Origin: a plasmid
Sequence record: NZ_LR134467.1
DNA: 64,000 nt
Direction: 5' to 3' (one strand)
A program made the position numbers and the translations under genes. The first letter of the stretch is position 1. Each line of letters begins with the position of its first letter. This document shows positions 30,301 to 38,534 of the stretch, piece by piece. The notes below the pieces were generated by a model that ran no database searches, had not been told where the DNA came from, and saw only the letters and a program-made list of their open reading frames with translations.

Positions 30301-30768
30301 CTGGCCGAATTCGGCGACGTCTCCAAGCTGTCGACCAACCAGTTCCTCTACGGCCTGCGGCAGGGCGAGGAACACCGCGTCCAGCTCGCCACCGGCGTCG
30401 AGCTGCTGATCAAACTCGAAGGCGTCGGTGAACCCGACGAGCACGGCAACCGCACGCTGGTCTGCACGCTCAACGGCCAGCTGCGCACCGTCTCCGTGCG
30501 GGACCGCGCCGTGCAGGCCGAGGTGCCCGCCGCCGAGCGCGCCGACCGGACGAACCCGGGACACGTAGCCGCCCCCTTCGCGGGCGTCGTCACCCCGACG
30601 GTCCACGCCGGCTCCACGGTCGCCGTCGGCGACCAGATCGCCACCATCGAGGCGATGAAGATGGAGGCGGCCATCACGGCACCCGTCGCGGGCACCGTCA
30701 CCCGGGTCGCCCTCGCCGGCGCCACCCAGGTCGACGGTGGCGACCTGGTCGCCGTCATCGAGGGCTGA
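27343..30768 (+). CDS. pyc: pyruvate carboxylase
   Basis: 1141 aa: a biotin carboxylase N-terminus, a carboxyltransferase middle domain and a C-terminal biotinyl domain (EAMKME). Confidence 0.95.
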   Translation: MTETPTPGHPSGSTFSKILVANRGEIAIRGFRAAVETGARTVAVYPYEDRNSPHRQKADEAYQIGVEGHPVRAYLSVDEILRIAKQSGADAVYPGYGFLSENPDLAAACAAAGITFVGPPTEVLELTGNKARAIAAARDAGLPVLTSTAPSSDVDELLAAAQDMHFPVFVKAVAGGGGRGMRRVNTIDELRDAIEIASREAESAFGDATVFLEEAVIDPRHIEVQILADTAGNVIHLFERDCSLQRRHQKVIEMAPAPNISDELRQRLCTDAVNFARAIGYSCAGTVEFLVDPQGRHVFIEMNPRIQVEHTVTEEVTDVDLVAAQLKVAAGATLPELGLTQDAIHLNGAALQCRITTEDPTDGFRPDTGRVSAYRTPGGAGIRLDGGTSVGAEISPHFDSMLVKLTTRGRDRETAIVRARRALAEFRIRGVATNIPYLQAVLADPAFVAGEVTTSFIEQRPELLTARGSSDTASKILRYLADVTVNKPHGTRPTKVYAIDKLPAVDLSAPAPEGSQQRLERLGPAGFAADLRAQTALAVTDTTFRDAHQSLLATRVRTSALATIAPYEARLTPQLLSVEAWGGATYDVALRFLHEDPWERLATLHAAMPNICLQMLLRGRNTVGYTPYPQQVTDSFVAEAAATGVGIFRIFDALNDVEQMRPAIEAVLATNTAVAEGALSYTGDLANPRESLYTLDYYLGVAERIVKAGAHILAIKDMAGLLRPAAATTLVTALRKEFDLPVHVHTHDTPGGQLATYLAAWTAGADAVDGAAAPLSGTTSQPSLSSIVAATAHTERDTGIDLDAVCSLEPYWEAVRGAYAPFESGLKAPTGRVYHHEIPGGQLSNLRQQAGALGLAERFEDIENAYAAADRMLGRLVKVTPSSKVVGDLALALVGTGVSPDDFAADPGKYDIPDSVIGFLRGELGTPPGGWPEPLRSRALEGRAEAAPVSDVPADEAAELAGTSEQRRASLSRLLFPGPMREFTEHLAEFGDVSKLSTNQFLYGLRQGEEHRVQLATGVELLIKLEGVGEPDEHGNRTLVCTLNGQLRTVSVRDRAVQAEVPAAERADRTNPGHVAAPFAGVVTPTVHAGSTVAVGDQIATIEAMKMEAAITAPVAGTVTRVALAGATQVDGGDLVAVIEG

Positions 30769-30790
30769 GGCTCGGCCGGTCTCGGGCGCC

Positions 30791-31024
30791 TCAGTCGTCG
30801 ACGGCGAAGCGCTTGAGGCGGCTGGTCTGCCCGGCGACCAGCCGGACGCGCGACTTCGGCACCCCGAGGTGGGAGGCGAGCAGCTCGGCGGCGGCCTTGT
30901 TCGCCTTCCCCTCGGTGGCCGGCTCGCGCACGAACAGGGTGAGCGCGCCGGCATCGTCGATCTCCACGGCGGGGCCCTTGCGGCTCCCCGGCTTGATCGT
31001 GCAGGTCACGGTGCGCGGGCTCAT
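30791..31024 (-). CDS. DUF167 (YggU) family protein
   Basis: 77 aa (GALTLFVREPATEGKANKAAAELLA..) typical of DUF167. Confidence 0.8.
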   Translation of the reverse strand: MSPRTVTCTIKPGSRKGPAVEIDDAGALTLFVREPATEGKANKAAAELLASHLGVPKSRVRLVAGQTSRLKRFAVDD

Positions 31025-31065
31025 CGCTCCATGATCGCAGGTTCACCAATGAGTACAGTGGATTC

Positions 31066-31668
31066 ATGGGGTTGAGGAAGGCAGGGCTCGTCGTCGCCGC
31101 CGTGATCGCCGCGCTCGTGGTGCTCGCGGGCGGCGTCGTGTGGCTCTCCAGCGCGCACGAGACGCCGCTCACGAAGCACCTGCCCGCCGAGCTGAAGCCG
31201 CGCGTCTACCCGGCCGTCTCGACCGCGGGGCTCGATCCCGCGCGTGTGCGGATCCTGGAGAACGTGCGCCGCGAGTTCGACGCGAACCGGCCCGGCACCT
31301 ACTTCTCCGAGGGCGTCGAGGAGCCCTGGTGCGCCGATTTCGTCTCGACGGTGCTCCGCGATTCCGGCCTCCCGCTGCGCAACCCGAACTCCGGCACGTG
31401 GCGCATCCCCGGCGTCTACACGCTCACCGAGTACTTCCAGAAGGCCGGGAAGCTCGAGTCGGCCACCGCGTACCGGCCGCAGCCGGGCGACGTGGTGCTG
31501 TACACGCCCGAGCACCCGACGATGCGCCAGCACACCAACTTCGTCGTCGCGGTCTCGGACGACACCGTCACCACCGTCGGCGGCAACCAGGAGGGCGGCA
31601 TCAGCGCGTGGACGTACCGCCTGACCGACGCCTTCGGACTGGCCGGCTACGGGGTGCCCGCCCGATGA
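31066..31668 (+). CDS. CHAP-domain (cysteine/histidine-dependent amidohydrolase/peptidase) membrane-anchored protein
   Basis: An N-terminal TM helix, a catalytic Cys context (EPWCADFVS) and a His context (HTNFVVAV). Confidence 0.75.
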   Translation: MGLRKAGLVVAAVIAALVVLAGGVVWLSSAHETPLTKHLPAELKPRVYPAVSTAGLDPARVRILENVRREFDANRPGTYFSEGVEEPWCADFVSTVLRDSGLPLRNPNSGTWRIPGVYTLTEYFQKAGKLESATAYRPQPGDVVLYTPEHPTMRQHTNFVVAVSDDTVTTVGGNQEGGISAWTYRLTDAFGLAGYGVPAR

Positions 31669-32540
31669 CGGTCCTCGACGCACTGCGGGCCCGCCTCGCA
31701 TCGGGCAGCCTGCCCGGGAAACGCTCCGACGGACTGCGGATCGCCGTGTGCATCGAGGGCGGCGGCTCGCGCTCGGCGTACTCCGCGGGGATGGCGATGG
31801 CGGTCGACGAGCTCGGCCTGCTCCCGGCGGTCGACGCGGTGTACGGCACCTCGGGCGGCGGCCTCAACGCGGCGTGGCTGGTCTCGGGCGAGGGCCGGCG
31901 CTGGCTGCCGTCATGGGGCTGGGAGGAGGTGTTGGCCGAACGGGTGGTGCACCCGCGCCGCGTGCTGCGCGGCGGCGTCGTCGTGGACACCCGGCATCTG
32001 GTGGAGCGGGTCTACTCCGACGTCACCCCGATGAACTTCCCCGCCATCCTCGCCAGCCCGATCACCCTGCACCCCTTGGCCGTCGACGCGCACACCCGCA
32101 GGGTCGTCGACCTGGCTCCGTACGTCACCGACGCCGCATCGCTGCGCACCGCACTGCGCGCGACCACCGCGCTTCCTCTGCTCGCCGGGCCACCCGTGCG
32201 GCTCGCGGGGCGGGAGTTCCTCGACGGCGGCCTCGCCGAGAAGGTGCCGCTGGCCACGCCCATCGAGCAGGGCGCCACGCACCTGCTGGTGCTGCGCACC
32301 GTCGAGGCGGAGGCCGCACCCCGCTCCTCCCGCGCCGAGCAGTGGGTCCTGGACACCTACTTCACCGCCCGGCGGGCCGCGCCCGCTCCGGAGCCGGTGG
32401 AACCGGGCGCAGCCGAGGTGCTGCAGGTGTGGGTCCCGCCCGGCAGCCCGGCCGTCGGCCGCCTCTCCAACGACGGTCCGCTGATCTCCCGCGCCGTCGA
32501 GATCGGCCGCGACGCCGCGCTCCGTGCCCTCGCCGGGTAG
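31665..32540 (+). CDS. patatin-like phospholipase family protein
   Basis: ATG overlaps the CHAP stop (ATGA). GGGSRSAYSAG (oxyanion), GTSGG (GxSxG) and DGG motifs. Confidence 0.85.
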   Translation: MTVLDALRARLASGSLPGKRSDGLRIAVCIEGGGSRSAYSAGMAMAVDELGLLPAVDAVYGTSGGGLNAAWLVSGEGRRWLPSWGWEEVLAERVVHPRRVLRGGVVVDTRHLVERVYSDVTPMNFPAILASPITLHPLAVDAHTRRVVDLAPYVTDAASLRTALRATTALPLLAGPPVRLAGREFLDGGLAEKVPLATPIEQGATHLLVLRTVEAEAAPRSSRAEQWVLDTYFTARRAAPAPEPVEPGAAEVLQVWVPPGSPAVGRLSNDGPLISRAVEIGRDAALRALAG

Positions 32541-32543
32541 CCC

Positions 32544-33125
32544 TCAGCCGCCCAGCAGCCGCGCGGCGAGGCGTTCCGCCTGATCCGCTGCGGCGGGGGG
32601 CGGTGGATCGCCGGCCACCAAGTACCGCCGCGCGACCGCGAGGGGTAGTTCGTACAGGGCGAAGGCGACGTCGGCGCGCGGGCACTGCGCATTCGCGGCC
32701 ACTCTGCCGACGATCTCGGCGATCCGCTCCGTCCGCTCGGCGTCGAGCGCCGACCATTCGGCGGCCGCGGTGGGGGGCCATGATTCGACGGCGAAGGCCG
32801 GGGGTCCGGCCTGCAGGACGAGCGCCTCGCCGAGGTCGGCGCGGCAGCGCTCCACGATCCACCGCGCGCTCGACGCGGCGTCGGCGGTCGCCGAGAGATC
32901 CGCCCAGTTCGCAATGTAGTCCTCGTGGAACCGGCGGACCGTCCGCAGCCAGACGGCGGCGAGCAGCGCGGGACGGTCGGGGAAGAGGTGGTACACGGAA
33001 CCGCTGGGCGACTTGGACTCCCGTGCGACGGCGGCCACCGTGAGGCCTCGTGTCCCGTCCCGCGCGAAGAGCCGGACGGCGGCGTCGAGCAGCCCGTCCG
33101 GATCGTGCAGCCTCGGCCTTCCCAT
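32544..33125 (-). CDS. TetR/AcrR family transcriptional regulator
   Basis: N-terminal HTH (LTVAAVARESKSPSGSVYHLF). Confidence 0.85.
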   Translation of the reverse strand: MGRPRLHDPDGLLDAAVRLFARDGTRGLTVAAVARESKSPSGSVYHLFPDRPALLAAVWLRTVRRFHEDYIANWADLSATADAASSARWIVERCRADLGEALVLQAGPPAFAVESWPPTAAAEWSALDAERTERIAEIVGRVAANAQCPRADVAFALYELPLAVARRYLVAGDPPPPAAADQAERLAARLLGG

Positions 33126-33180
33126 GGCGGCGATCCTATGTTAGACCTTTTGGAGAGATATCACTAAAACAGGAGCGATC

Positions 33181-33618
33181 ATGATCGAATCCAGTGCGGA
33201 GTCCCTCGCCCTCGCCGCCGCGGTTCTCGACGCCCAGCCCTTCAACGCCGTGGTCGGCGCCCGGATCACGGCGTTCGGCGGCGGCAACGCCGAACTCGTT
33301 CTCGACATCGAGGACCGGCACCGGCAACAGTTCGGCGTCGCCCACGGCGGCGTCCTCGCGTACCTCGCCGACAACGCGCTGACGTTCGCGGCGGGATCCG
33401 TCCTCGGCACGGACGTGCTCACCGGCGGCGTGGACGTGAACTACCTCCGCGCGGCCCGAGACGGACGGCTGCGCACCACGGCGACAGTCGTACACCGGGC
33501 CCGAACACACGCTGTGACCACCGCCGAGATCTGGCACGAGACCGACGGCGCCGAGCCCCGCCTGTGCGCCATCGCCCGCGGCACCGTCTTCGTCACCGCC
33601 CCGGGAGCGTCCCGATGA
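33181..33618 (+). CDS. hotdog-fold (PaaI/4HBT) thioesterase
   Basis: 145 aa (GVAHGGVLAYLADNALTFAA). Confidence 0.8.
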   Translation: MIESSAESLALAAAVLDAQPFNAVVGARITAFGGGNAELVLDIEDRHRQQFGVAHGGVLAYLADNALTFAAGSVLGTDVLTGGVDVNYLRAARDGRLRTTATVVHRARTHAVTTAEIWHETDGAEPRLCAIARGTVFVTAPGASR

Positions 33619-34178
33619 CGGACCCGGACGTGGCACGAGTGGCGGCGCGCACCACAGTGCGCCGCGCGATCCGCACGTCACTGCACTGCGCGATCGCGTC
33701 GTGCAACCCCGACGGCTCCCCGCACGTCACCCCCATCGGCTCGATCCTGCTGGATCGGGATGCGCGGTCGGGCATCTACTTCGACGTGTTCAACGCGCGG
33801 CTCGCGCGCAATCTCGCACGCGACCCCCGGATCACGGTGCTAGCGGTCGACAGCGGCTCGCTCCGCTGGCTGCGCGCTCTGCTCCGTGGGCGGTTCGAGC
33901 AGAGTCCCGGGGTCCAGCTCGTGGGCACGGCCGGCCCGGCCCGGCCCGCGCGCCCCGAGGAGATCACCCGGTTCCGCCGGTTGGTCGGACCGCTCGGCAG
34001 GACTCCCGGCGGGCGCGCCTTCTGGTCCGACCTGTCCCGGGTGCGCGACCTCCGCTTCGACGACGCCCGCCCGATCCACCTGGGCCCGATGACGCGTGAG
34101 CGACGAGTCAGTCCGCGACGACGGTGCCCTGGTGGAACATCACGGTCCACCGGTTCTCGCGGCGACGCCACACGGTGA
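33615..34178 (+). CDS. pyridoxamine 5'-phosphate oxidase-like FMN-binding family protein
   Basis: ATGA-coupled to the thioesterase (ASCNPDGSPHVTPIGS...). The 3' end overlaps the convergent DUF4440 gene by 71 nt. The C-terminal 35 aa are Arg-rich, so a late stop or frameshift is possible. Confidence 0.6.
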   Translation: MTDPDVARVAARTTVRRAIRTSLHCAIASCNPDGSPHVTPIGSILLDRDARSGIYFDVFNARLARNLARDPRITVLAVDSGSLRWLRALLRGRFEQSPGVQLVGTAGPARPARPEEITRFRRLVGPLGRTPGGRAFWSDLSRVRDLRFDDARPIHLGPMTRERRVSPRRRCPGGTSRSTGSRGDATR

Positions 34179-34506
34179 GCCGACGGGTGACGCGGTCGCC
34201 CTGCGCCAGCGTGTAGGTGAGCAGGTACACGGAGGCGCCCATCGCACGGACCTGGAACTCGCTGGTCTCCCAGTCCGATTCGTCCGGCGGCGCGGCGATC
34301 CGCTGGTCGGTCACCGCCCGGACGTGCTCGCGGCTGTACCGCCGGCCCGAGGCACCGACCTCCCAGAAGTCGGGCGCGACCGCGTCGTCGAAGTCGGCGA
34401 GCGAGCGCCAGGAGGGGCCGTGGAAGACGGGTTCGCGGCGGCGGAGCTCCGCGAGCACCTCGCGCAGCTCCGGCTCGGTGGTCCGGTCCGGCTCCTCCTC
34501 GATCAC
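34108..34506 (-). CDS. DUF4440/SnoaL-like (NTF2 fold) protein
   Basis: 132 aa (..RRLTVWRRRENRWTVMFHQGT..). It starts 16 nt downstream of the dnaE2 stop on the same strand. Confidence 0.7.
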   Translation of the reverse strand: MIEEEPDRTTEPELREVLAELRRREPVFHGPSWRSLADFDDAVAPDFWEVGASGRRYSREHVRAVTDQRIAAPPDESDWETSEFQVRAMGASVYLLTYTLAQGDRVTRRLTVWRRRENRWTVMFHQGTVVAD

Positions 34507-34522
34507 TTGCCTAAGGCTACCC

Positions 34523-37500
34523 TCACTGCCAATCGCGGGACCGCGAGGGCACCGACAGGTCCATGCGCTGCAGTCGATCGGCGACGACGGTGACGGCGCC
34601 CTCCGCGTTCTGCAGCTTCCCCCGGATCAGCAGCGCGGGCGCCGACTGCGCCAGCCGCCGATACCGCGCCCACAGCCCCTGGCTGCACACCACGTTCACC
34701 ATGCCGGTCTCGTCCTCGAGGTTGATGAAGGTGACGCCGCCCGCGGTGGCGGGCCGCTGCCGGTGCGTGACGGCCCCGCCCACCAGGACGCGGTCACCGT
34801 CGGGCAGCGAGAGGAGGCGGTCGGCCGGGACGACACCGAGACGGTCGAGGGTGGGCCGCAGGAACTCCGTCGGGTACTTGCCGACGGTGACCGACGTGGC
34901 CCACACGTCCGCCGCCGCGAGCTCCGTCTCGCTCATGCCGGGCAGGGCGGGCGGCGCGCCCGCGGTGGCGGTACCCGGCAGCCGGTCCGGACGCTCCCGC
35001 GCGGCGGCACCCGCCTCCCACAGCGCCTGCCGGCGGTCGCGGCCGAAGCAGTCCAACGCACCGGAGGTGGCGAGCGCCTCCGACTGCGCGACCGTGAGCT
35101 CGACCCGAGCCGTGAGATCGGTGAGGCCCGCGTAGGCGCCGCGCGCGTCCCGCTCGTGGGCGATGCGCTCGGCGAGGTCGTCGCCGATGGTGCGGATCGC
35201 GGCCAGGCCGAGCCGGACCTCCGCACCCGCGTTCTCCAGATCCGCCCACGGCAGGCTGCGGTTCACGCACGGCCCGTGCACGGTGACGCCGTGCCGTCGC
35301 GCGTCGGCGACGAGGGACTGCGGCGAGTAGAAACCCATCGGCTGGGCCCGCAACAGCGCCGCGCAGAAGGCCGCCGGATGGTAGAGCTTGAACCACGAGG
35401 AGTAGAAGACCAGCGACGCGAACGACTGCGAATGACTCTCGGGGAAGCCGAAGTTGGCGAAGGCGGCGAGCTTCTCGAAGATCCGGTCGGCCACCTCCCC
35501 CTCGATGCCGTGCCGGTGCCGCGCACCGTCGTAGAAGCGCTGCCGCAGCTGCTCCATCTTCTCCGTGGAGCGCTTCGAGCCCATGGCGCGGCGCAGCTGG
35601 TCGGCCTCCGCCGGGGAGAAGCCGGCGACGTCGGTGGCGAGTTGCATGAGCTGCTCCTGGAAGAGCGGCACCCCCAGCGTGCGCCGCAGGGCCTTCCACA
35701 TCGACGGGTGCTCGACGGCCGGCTCCTCCAGCCCGTTGCGGCGGCGGATGTACGGGTGCACCGAACCGCCCTGGATGGGGCCGGGCCGGATGAGCGCGAC
35801 CTCCACCACCAGGTCGTAGAAGTTCCGCGGTTTCAGGCGCGGCAGCGTGGCCATCTGCGCGCGCGACTCCACCTGGAAGACGCCCACGGAGTCGGCGCGA
35901 CAGAGCATCTCGTAGACGTTGGCGTCGGCGAGGTCGAGCTGCGCGAAGTCCACGTCGATGCCCTTGTGCTCGGCGAGGAGGTCCTTCGCGTAGTGCAGCG
36001 CGCTGAGCATCCCGAGGCCCAGCAGATCGAACTTCACCAGGCCCGCGGCCGCGCAGTCGTCCTTGTCCCACTGCAGCACGCTGCGGTCCTCCATGCGGGC
36101 CCACTCGGTGGGGCAGACGTCGGCGATCGGACGGTCGCAGATCACCATGCCGCCCGAGTGGATCCCCAGATGCCGCGGCAGGTCCGCGATCTGCGTCGCC
36201 AGCTCGACCACCCGGCCCGGGATCCCCTCGGGCACCGGATCGTTCCGCCACCCCCAGCTGGAGACCTGTTTGCTCCAGGCGTCCTGCTGCCCCTGCGAGT
36301 AGCCGAGCGCCCGCGCCGTGTCACGGACCGCGGACCGGCCGCGGTAGGTGATGACGTTGGCGACCTGCGCGGCGTACTCGCGGCCGTACTTCCGGTAGAC
36401 GAACTGGATCGCCTCCTCCCGGCGATCCGACTCGATGTCGACGTCGATGTCGGGCGGGCCGTCGCGCTCGGGGGCGAGGAAGCGCTCGAAGAGCAGCTGG
36501 TTGCGCACCGGGTCCACCGCCGTGATGCCCAGCGCGAAGCAGACGGCCGAGTTGGCGGCGCTGCCGCGGCCCTGGCACAGGATGTCGTTCTCGCGGCAGA
36601 AGGTGACGATGCTGTGCACGATGAGGAAGTAGCCCGGGAAGGTGAGCGTCTCGATCACGTTCAGCTCGTGCTCGATCTGCCGGTACGCCTGCGGGTTCCG
36701 CTCCGGCGGGCCGTACCGCTCCAGCGCCCCGCGCCGGGTCAGCTCGCGCAGCCAGGTGGCCTCCGTGTGGCCCGACGGGACGTCGAAGGGCGGCAGGTTC
36801 GGCGCGATCAGCTTGAGGCTGAAGGCGCACTCGGCGCCGAGCTCGGCGGCGGCCGCGATGGCGCCGGGATGTTCGGGTAGCAGCAGCGCCATCTCGTCGC
36901 CCGAGCGCAGGTGCGCGCCGCCCGCGGCGGGGAGCCAGCCGTCGAGTTCGTCGAGGCTGCGGCGGGCGCGGATCGCCGCGAGCGTGGACGCCAGGTGCCG
37001 CTGGCCGGGCCGGGCGAAGTGCGCCCCCGTGGTGGCGACGGTGCCCACCCCCATCCGCGCGGCCACGCCGGCGAGGAGATGGTTGCGCTCGTCGTCCTCG
37101 GGGACGCCGTGGACGGTGAGCTCCATGCTCACCCGCCCCTCCCCGAAGCGGTCGACGAGCTGCGCGAGGGCGGCGGCGGCACCGTCGGGCCCACCGGCGG
37201 CGAGGCCGCGCCGGACCGCGCCCTTGCGGCAGCCGGTGAGGATGTGCCAGTGTCCGCCGGACCATTCGGCGAGGCGGTCCGGGTGGAAACGCAGCAGCCC
37301 CTTCTCCCCCGCCTCCATGTGCGCCTCGGCCATCGCGCGCGAGAGGCGGCGGTACCCCTCCTGGCCGCGGGCGAGCACGAGCAGGTGATCGCCCGACGGG
37401 TCCTCGGCGCCGGTGCGCATCGCGTCGTGCTCCAGGGACAGCTCCGCCCCGAAGACCGTGGGAACGCCCAGCTCCAGCGCGGCCTCGGCGAACCGGACCA

Positions 37501-37816
37501 CCCCGTAGAAGCCGTTGTGGTCGGTGACCGCGAGGGCCTTCAGGCCGAGCGCGTGGGCCTGCTCGACCATCTCCTCCGGCAGCGCGGCGCCGTCGAGGAA
37601 GCTGAACGCGGTGTGCGCGTGCAGCTCCGCATAGGGCACGCGGGAGACCCCGGGACCGCCGCCGGACGGCACGTAGGGCTCGCGCTTGCGGGACCACGCC
37701 GGCGAATCGCCACCGTCGCCCGGCGGCTCCTCCGCCCGGCGCACCGGGGCCCGCCCGGAGAGCACCCGCTCCATCTCCGACCAGCTCGGCCCGTTGCTCC
37801 ATCCCACACCCAGCAT
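34523..37816 (-). CDS. dnaE2: error-prone DNA polymerase DnaE2 (ImuC)
   Basis: PHP domain (YAELHAHTAFSFLDGA) and Pol III alpha core. By alignment to the M. tuberculosis DnaE2 N-terminus (MGWSNGP..) the start is placed at ATG 37816 (MLGVGWSNGPSWSEMERV) rather than at the longest-ORF GTG 37849. Confidence 0.9.
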   Translation of the reverse strand: MLGVGWSNGPSWSEMERVLSGRAPVRRAEEPPGDGGDSPAWSRKREPYVPSGGGPGVSRVPYAELHAHTAFSFLDGAALPEEMVEQAHALGLKALAVTDHNGFYGVVRFAEAALELGVPTVFGAELSLEHDAMRTGAEDPSGDHLLVLARGQEGYRRLSRAMAEAHMEAGEKGLLRFHPDRLAEWSGGHWHILTGCRKGAVRRGLAAGGPDGAAAALAQLVDRFGEGRVSMELTVHGVPEDDERNHLLAGVAARMGVGTVATTGAHFARPGQRHLASTLAAIRARRSLDELDGWLPAAGGAHLRSGDEMALLLPEHPGAIAAAAELGAECAFSLKLIAPNLPPFDVPSGHTEATWLRELTRRGALERYGPPERNPQAYRQIEHELNVIETLTFPGYFLIVHSIVTFCRENDILCQGRGSAANSAVCFALGITAVDPVRNQLLFERFLAPERDGPPDIDVDIESDRREEAIQFVYRKYGREYAAQVANVITYRGRSAVRDTARALGYSQGQQDAWSKQVSSWGWRNDPVPEGIPGRVVELATQIADLPRHLGIHSGGMVICDRPIADVCPTEWARMEDRSVLQWDKDDCAAAGLVKFDLLGLGMLSALHYAKDLLAEHKGIDVDFAQLDLADANVYEMLCRADSVGVFQVESRAQMATLPRLKPRNFYDLVVEVALIRPGPIQGGSVHPYIRRRNGLEEPAVEHPSMWKALRRTLGVPLFQEQLMQLATDVAGFSPAEADQLRRAMGSKRSTEKMEQLRQRFYDGARHRHGIEGEVADRIFEKLAAFANFGFPESHSQSFASLVFYSSWFKLYHPAAFCAALLRAQPMGFYSPQSLVADARRHGVTVHGPCVNRSLPWADLENAGAEVRLGLAAIRTIGDDLAERIAHERDARGAYAGLTDLTARVELTVAQSEALATSGALDCFGRDRRQALWEAGAAARERPDRLPGTATAGAPPALPGMSETELAAADVWATSVTVGKYPTEFLRPTLDRLGVVPADRLLSLPDGDRVLVGGAVTHRQRPATAGGVTFINLEDETGMVNVVCSQGLWARYRRLAQSAPALLIRGKLQNAEGAVTVVADRLQRMDLSVPSRSRDWQ

Positions 37817-37826
37817 TCTACGCTTA

Positions 37827-37855
37827 TATGTTCGATGAATGTTCGACACTCGAAC
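37827..37855. promoter_or_regulatory. cluster of three TCGAAC/GTTCGA hexamers (ATGTTCGA-tga-ATGTTCGA-cac-TCGAAC) in an AT-rich patch just upstream of dnaE2
   Basis: Seen directly. The hexamers are LexA Cheo-box half-sites, but the arrangement (GTTCGA-N3-TCGAAC plus a direct repeat) is not the canonical TCGAAC-N4-GTTCGA. Confidence 0.3.
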
Positions 37856-37998
37856 GCTTCACATGCGCCGGACGCTGCCGACACCCGCGAGCGCTGCCAC
37901 GAACCGGCAGCGTGGACGGAATCCGGCAGCGCGCTGCCGGAACTCACCCGGGCAGCGGGCGATGCCGCGAACACTGTGGCCGCCGCGGCCTGACGGGC

Positions 37999-38481
37999 TC
38001 AGGCCTCGTCGGCGAGACCCGGGGTGACCTTGGAGAGAGCGGCGCGCAGCGCGGTGACGTCGCGCGCCGTGAGGTGGTCGAAGACCAGGCGGCGAACCTC
38101 CGCGACGTGCCCGCGGGCGGCACCGTCGAGCGCGGCGAAGCCCTCGTCGGTGAGCTCGGCGTAGGCCGAGCGCCCCTCCGCGCGCCGCACCAGCCAGCCG
38201 CGCTCGCCGAGCTTGCGCAGCACGTGCGACAGGCGCGAGGGCGACGAGTTGGCGGCCTCGGCGAGTGCCGACAGGCCGAGCGTGCGGTCGGGCGCCTGCG
38301 AGAGCTGCGCGAGCACCATGAACTCGTAGTGGGTGATGCCCGCGTCGGCGCGCAGCTGCGTGTCCAGCTTCGAGGGCAGCCGCATCGCGACGTGGATGAG
38401 GGGCAGCCAGGCCGCCATCTCCTCGTCGGACAGCCACCGGGTGTTCCCCGTGTCCACCATCGCCACACCCCCGAACATCAC
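37999..38481 (-). CDS. MarR family transcriptional regulator
   Basis: 160 aa with a winged HTH (LGLSALAEAANSSPSRLSHVLRKLGERGWLVR). Divergent from the amidohydrolase gene. Confidence 0.8.
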   Translation of the reverse strand: MMFGGVAMVDTGNTRWLSDEEMAAWLPLIHVAMRLPSKLDTQLRADAGITHYEFMVLAQLSQAPDRTLGLSALAEAANSSPSRLSHVLRKLGERGWLVRRAEGRSAYAELTDEGFAALDGAARGHVAEVRRLVFDHLTARDVTALRAALSKVTPGLADEA

Positions 38482-38511
38482 GTCGGGACCCGAGTTTACC
38501 GGCTCCGCATT

Positions 38512-38533
38512 TCGGTGAACGGCGCCTCACCGA
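38512..38533. promoter_or_regulatory. inverted repeat TCGGTGA-N8-TCACCGA in the MarR/amidohydrolase divergent intergenic region
   Basis: Seen directly. A candidate MarR operator. Confidence 0.3.
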
Positions 38534-38534
38534 C

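Noticed and set aside
30769-30790. Terminator hairpin between pyc and the DUF167 gene
   Set aside because: Only a 5-bp GAGGC/GCCTC stem with a 15-nt loop, too weak to call.
37827-37855. Interpreting the dnaE2 upstream hexamers as a canonical LexA box
   Set aside because: Half-sites are arranged GTTCGA-N3-TCGAAC plus a direct repeat, not TCGAAC-N4-GTTCGA. Kept only as an atypical candidate operator.
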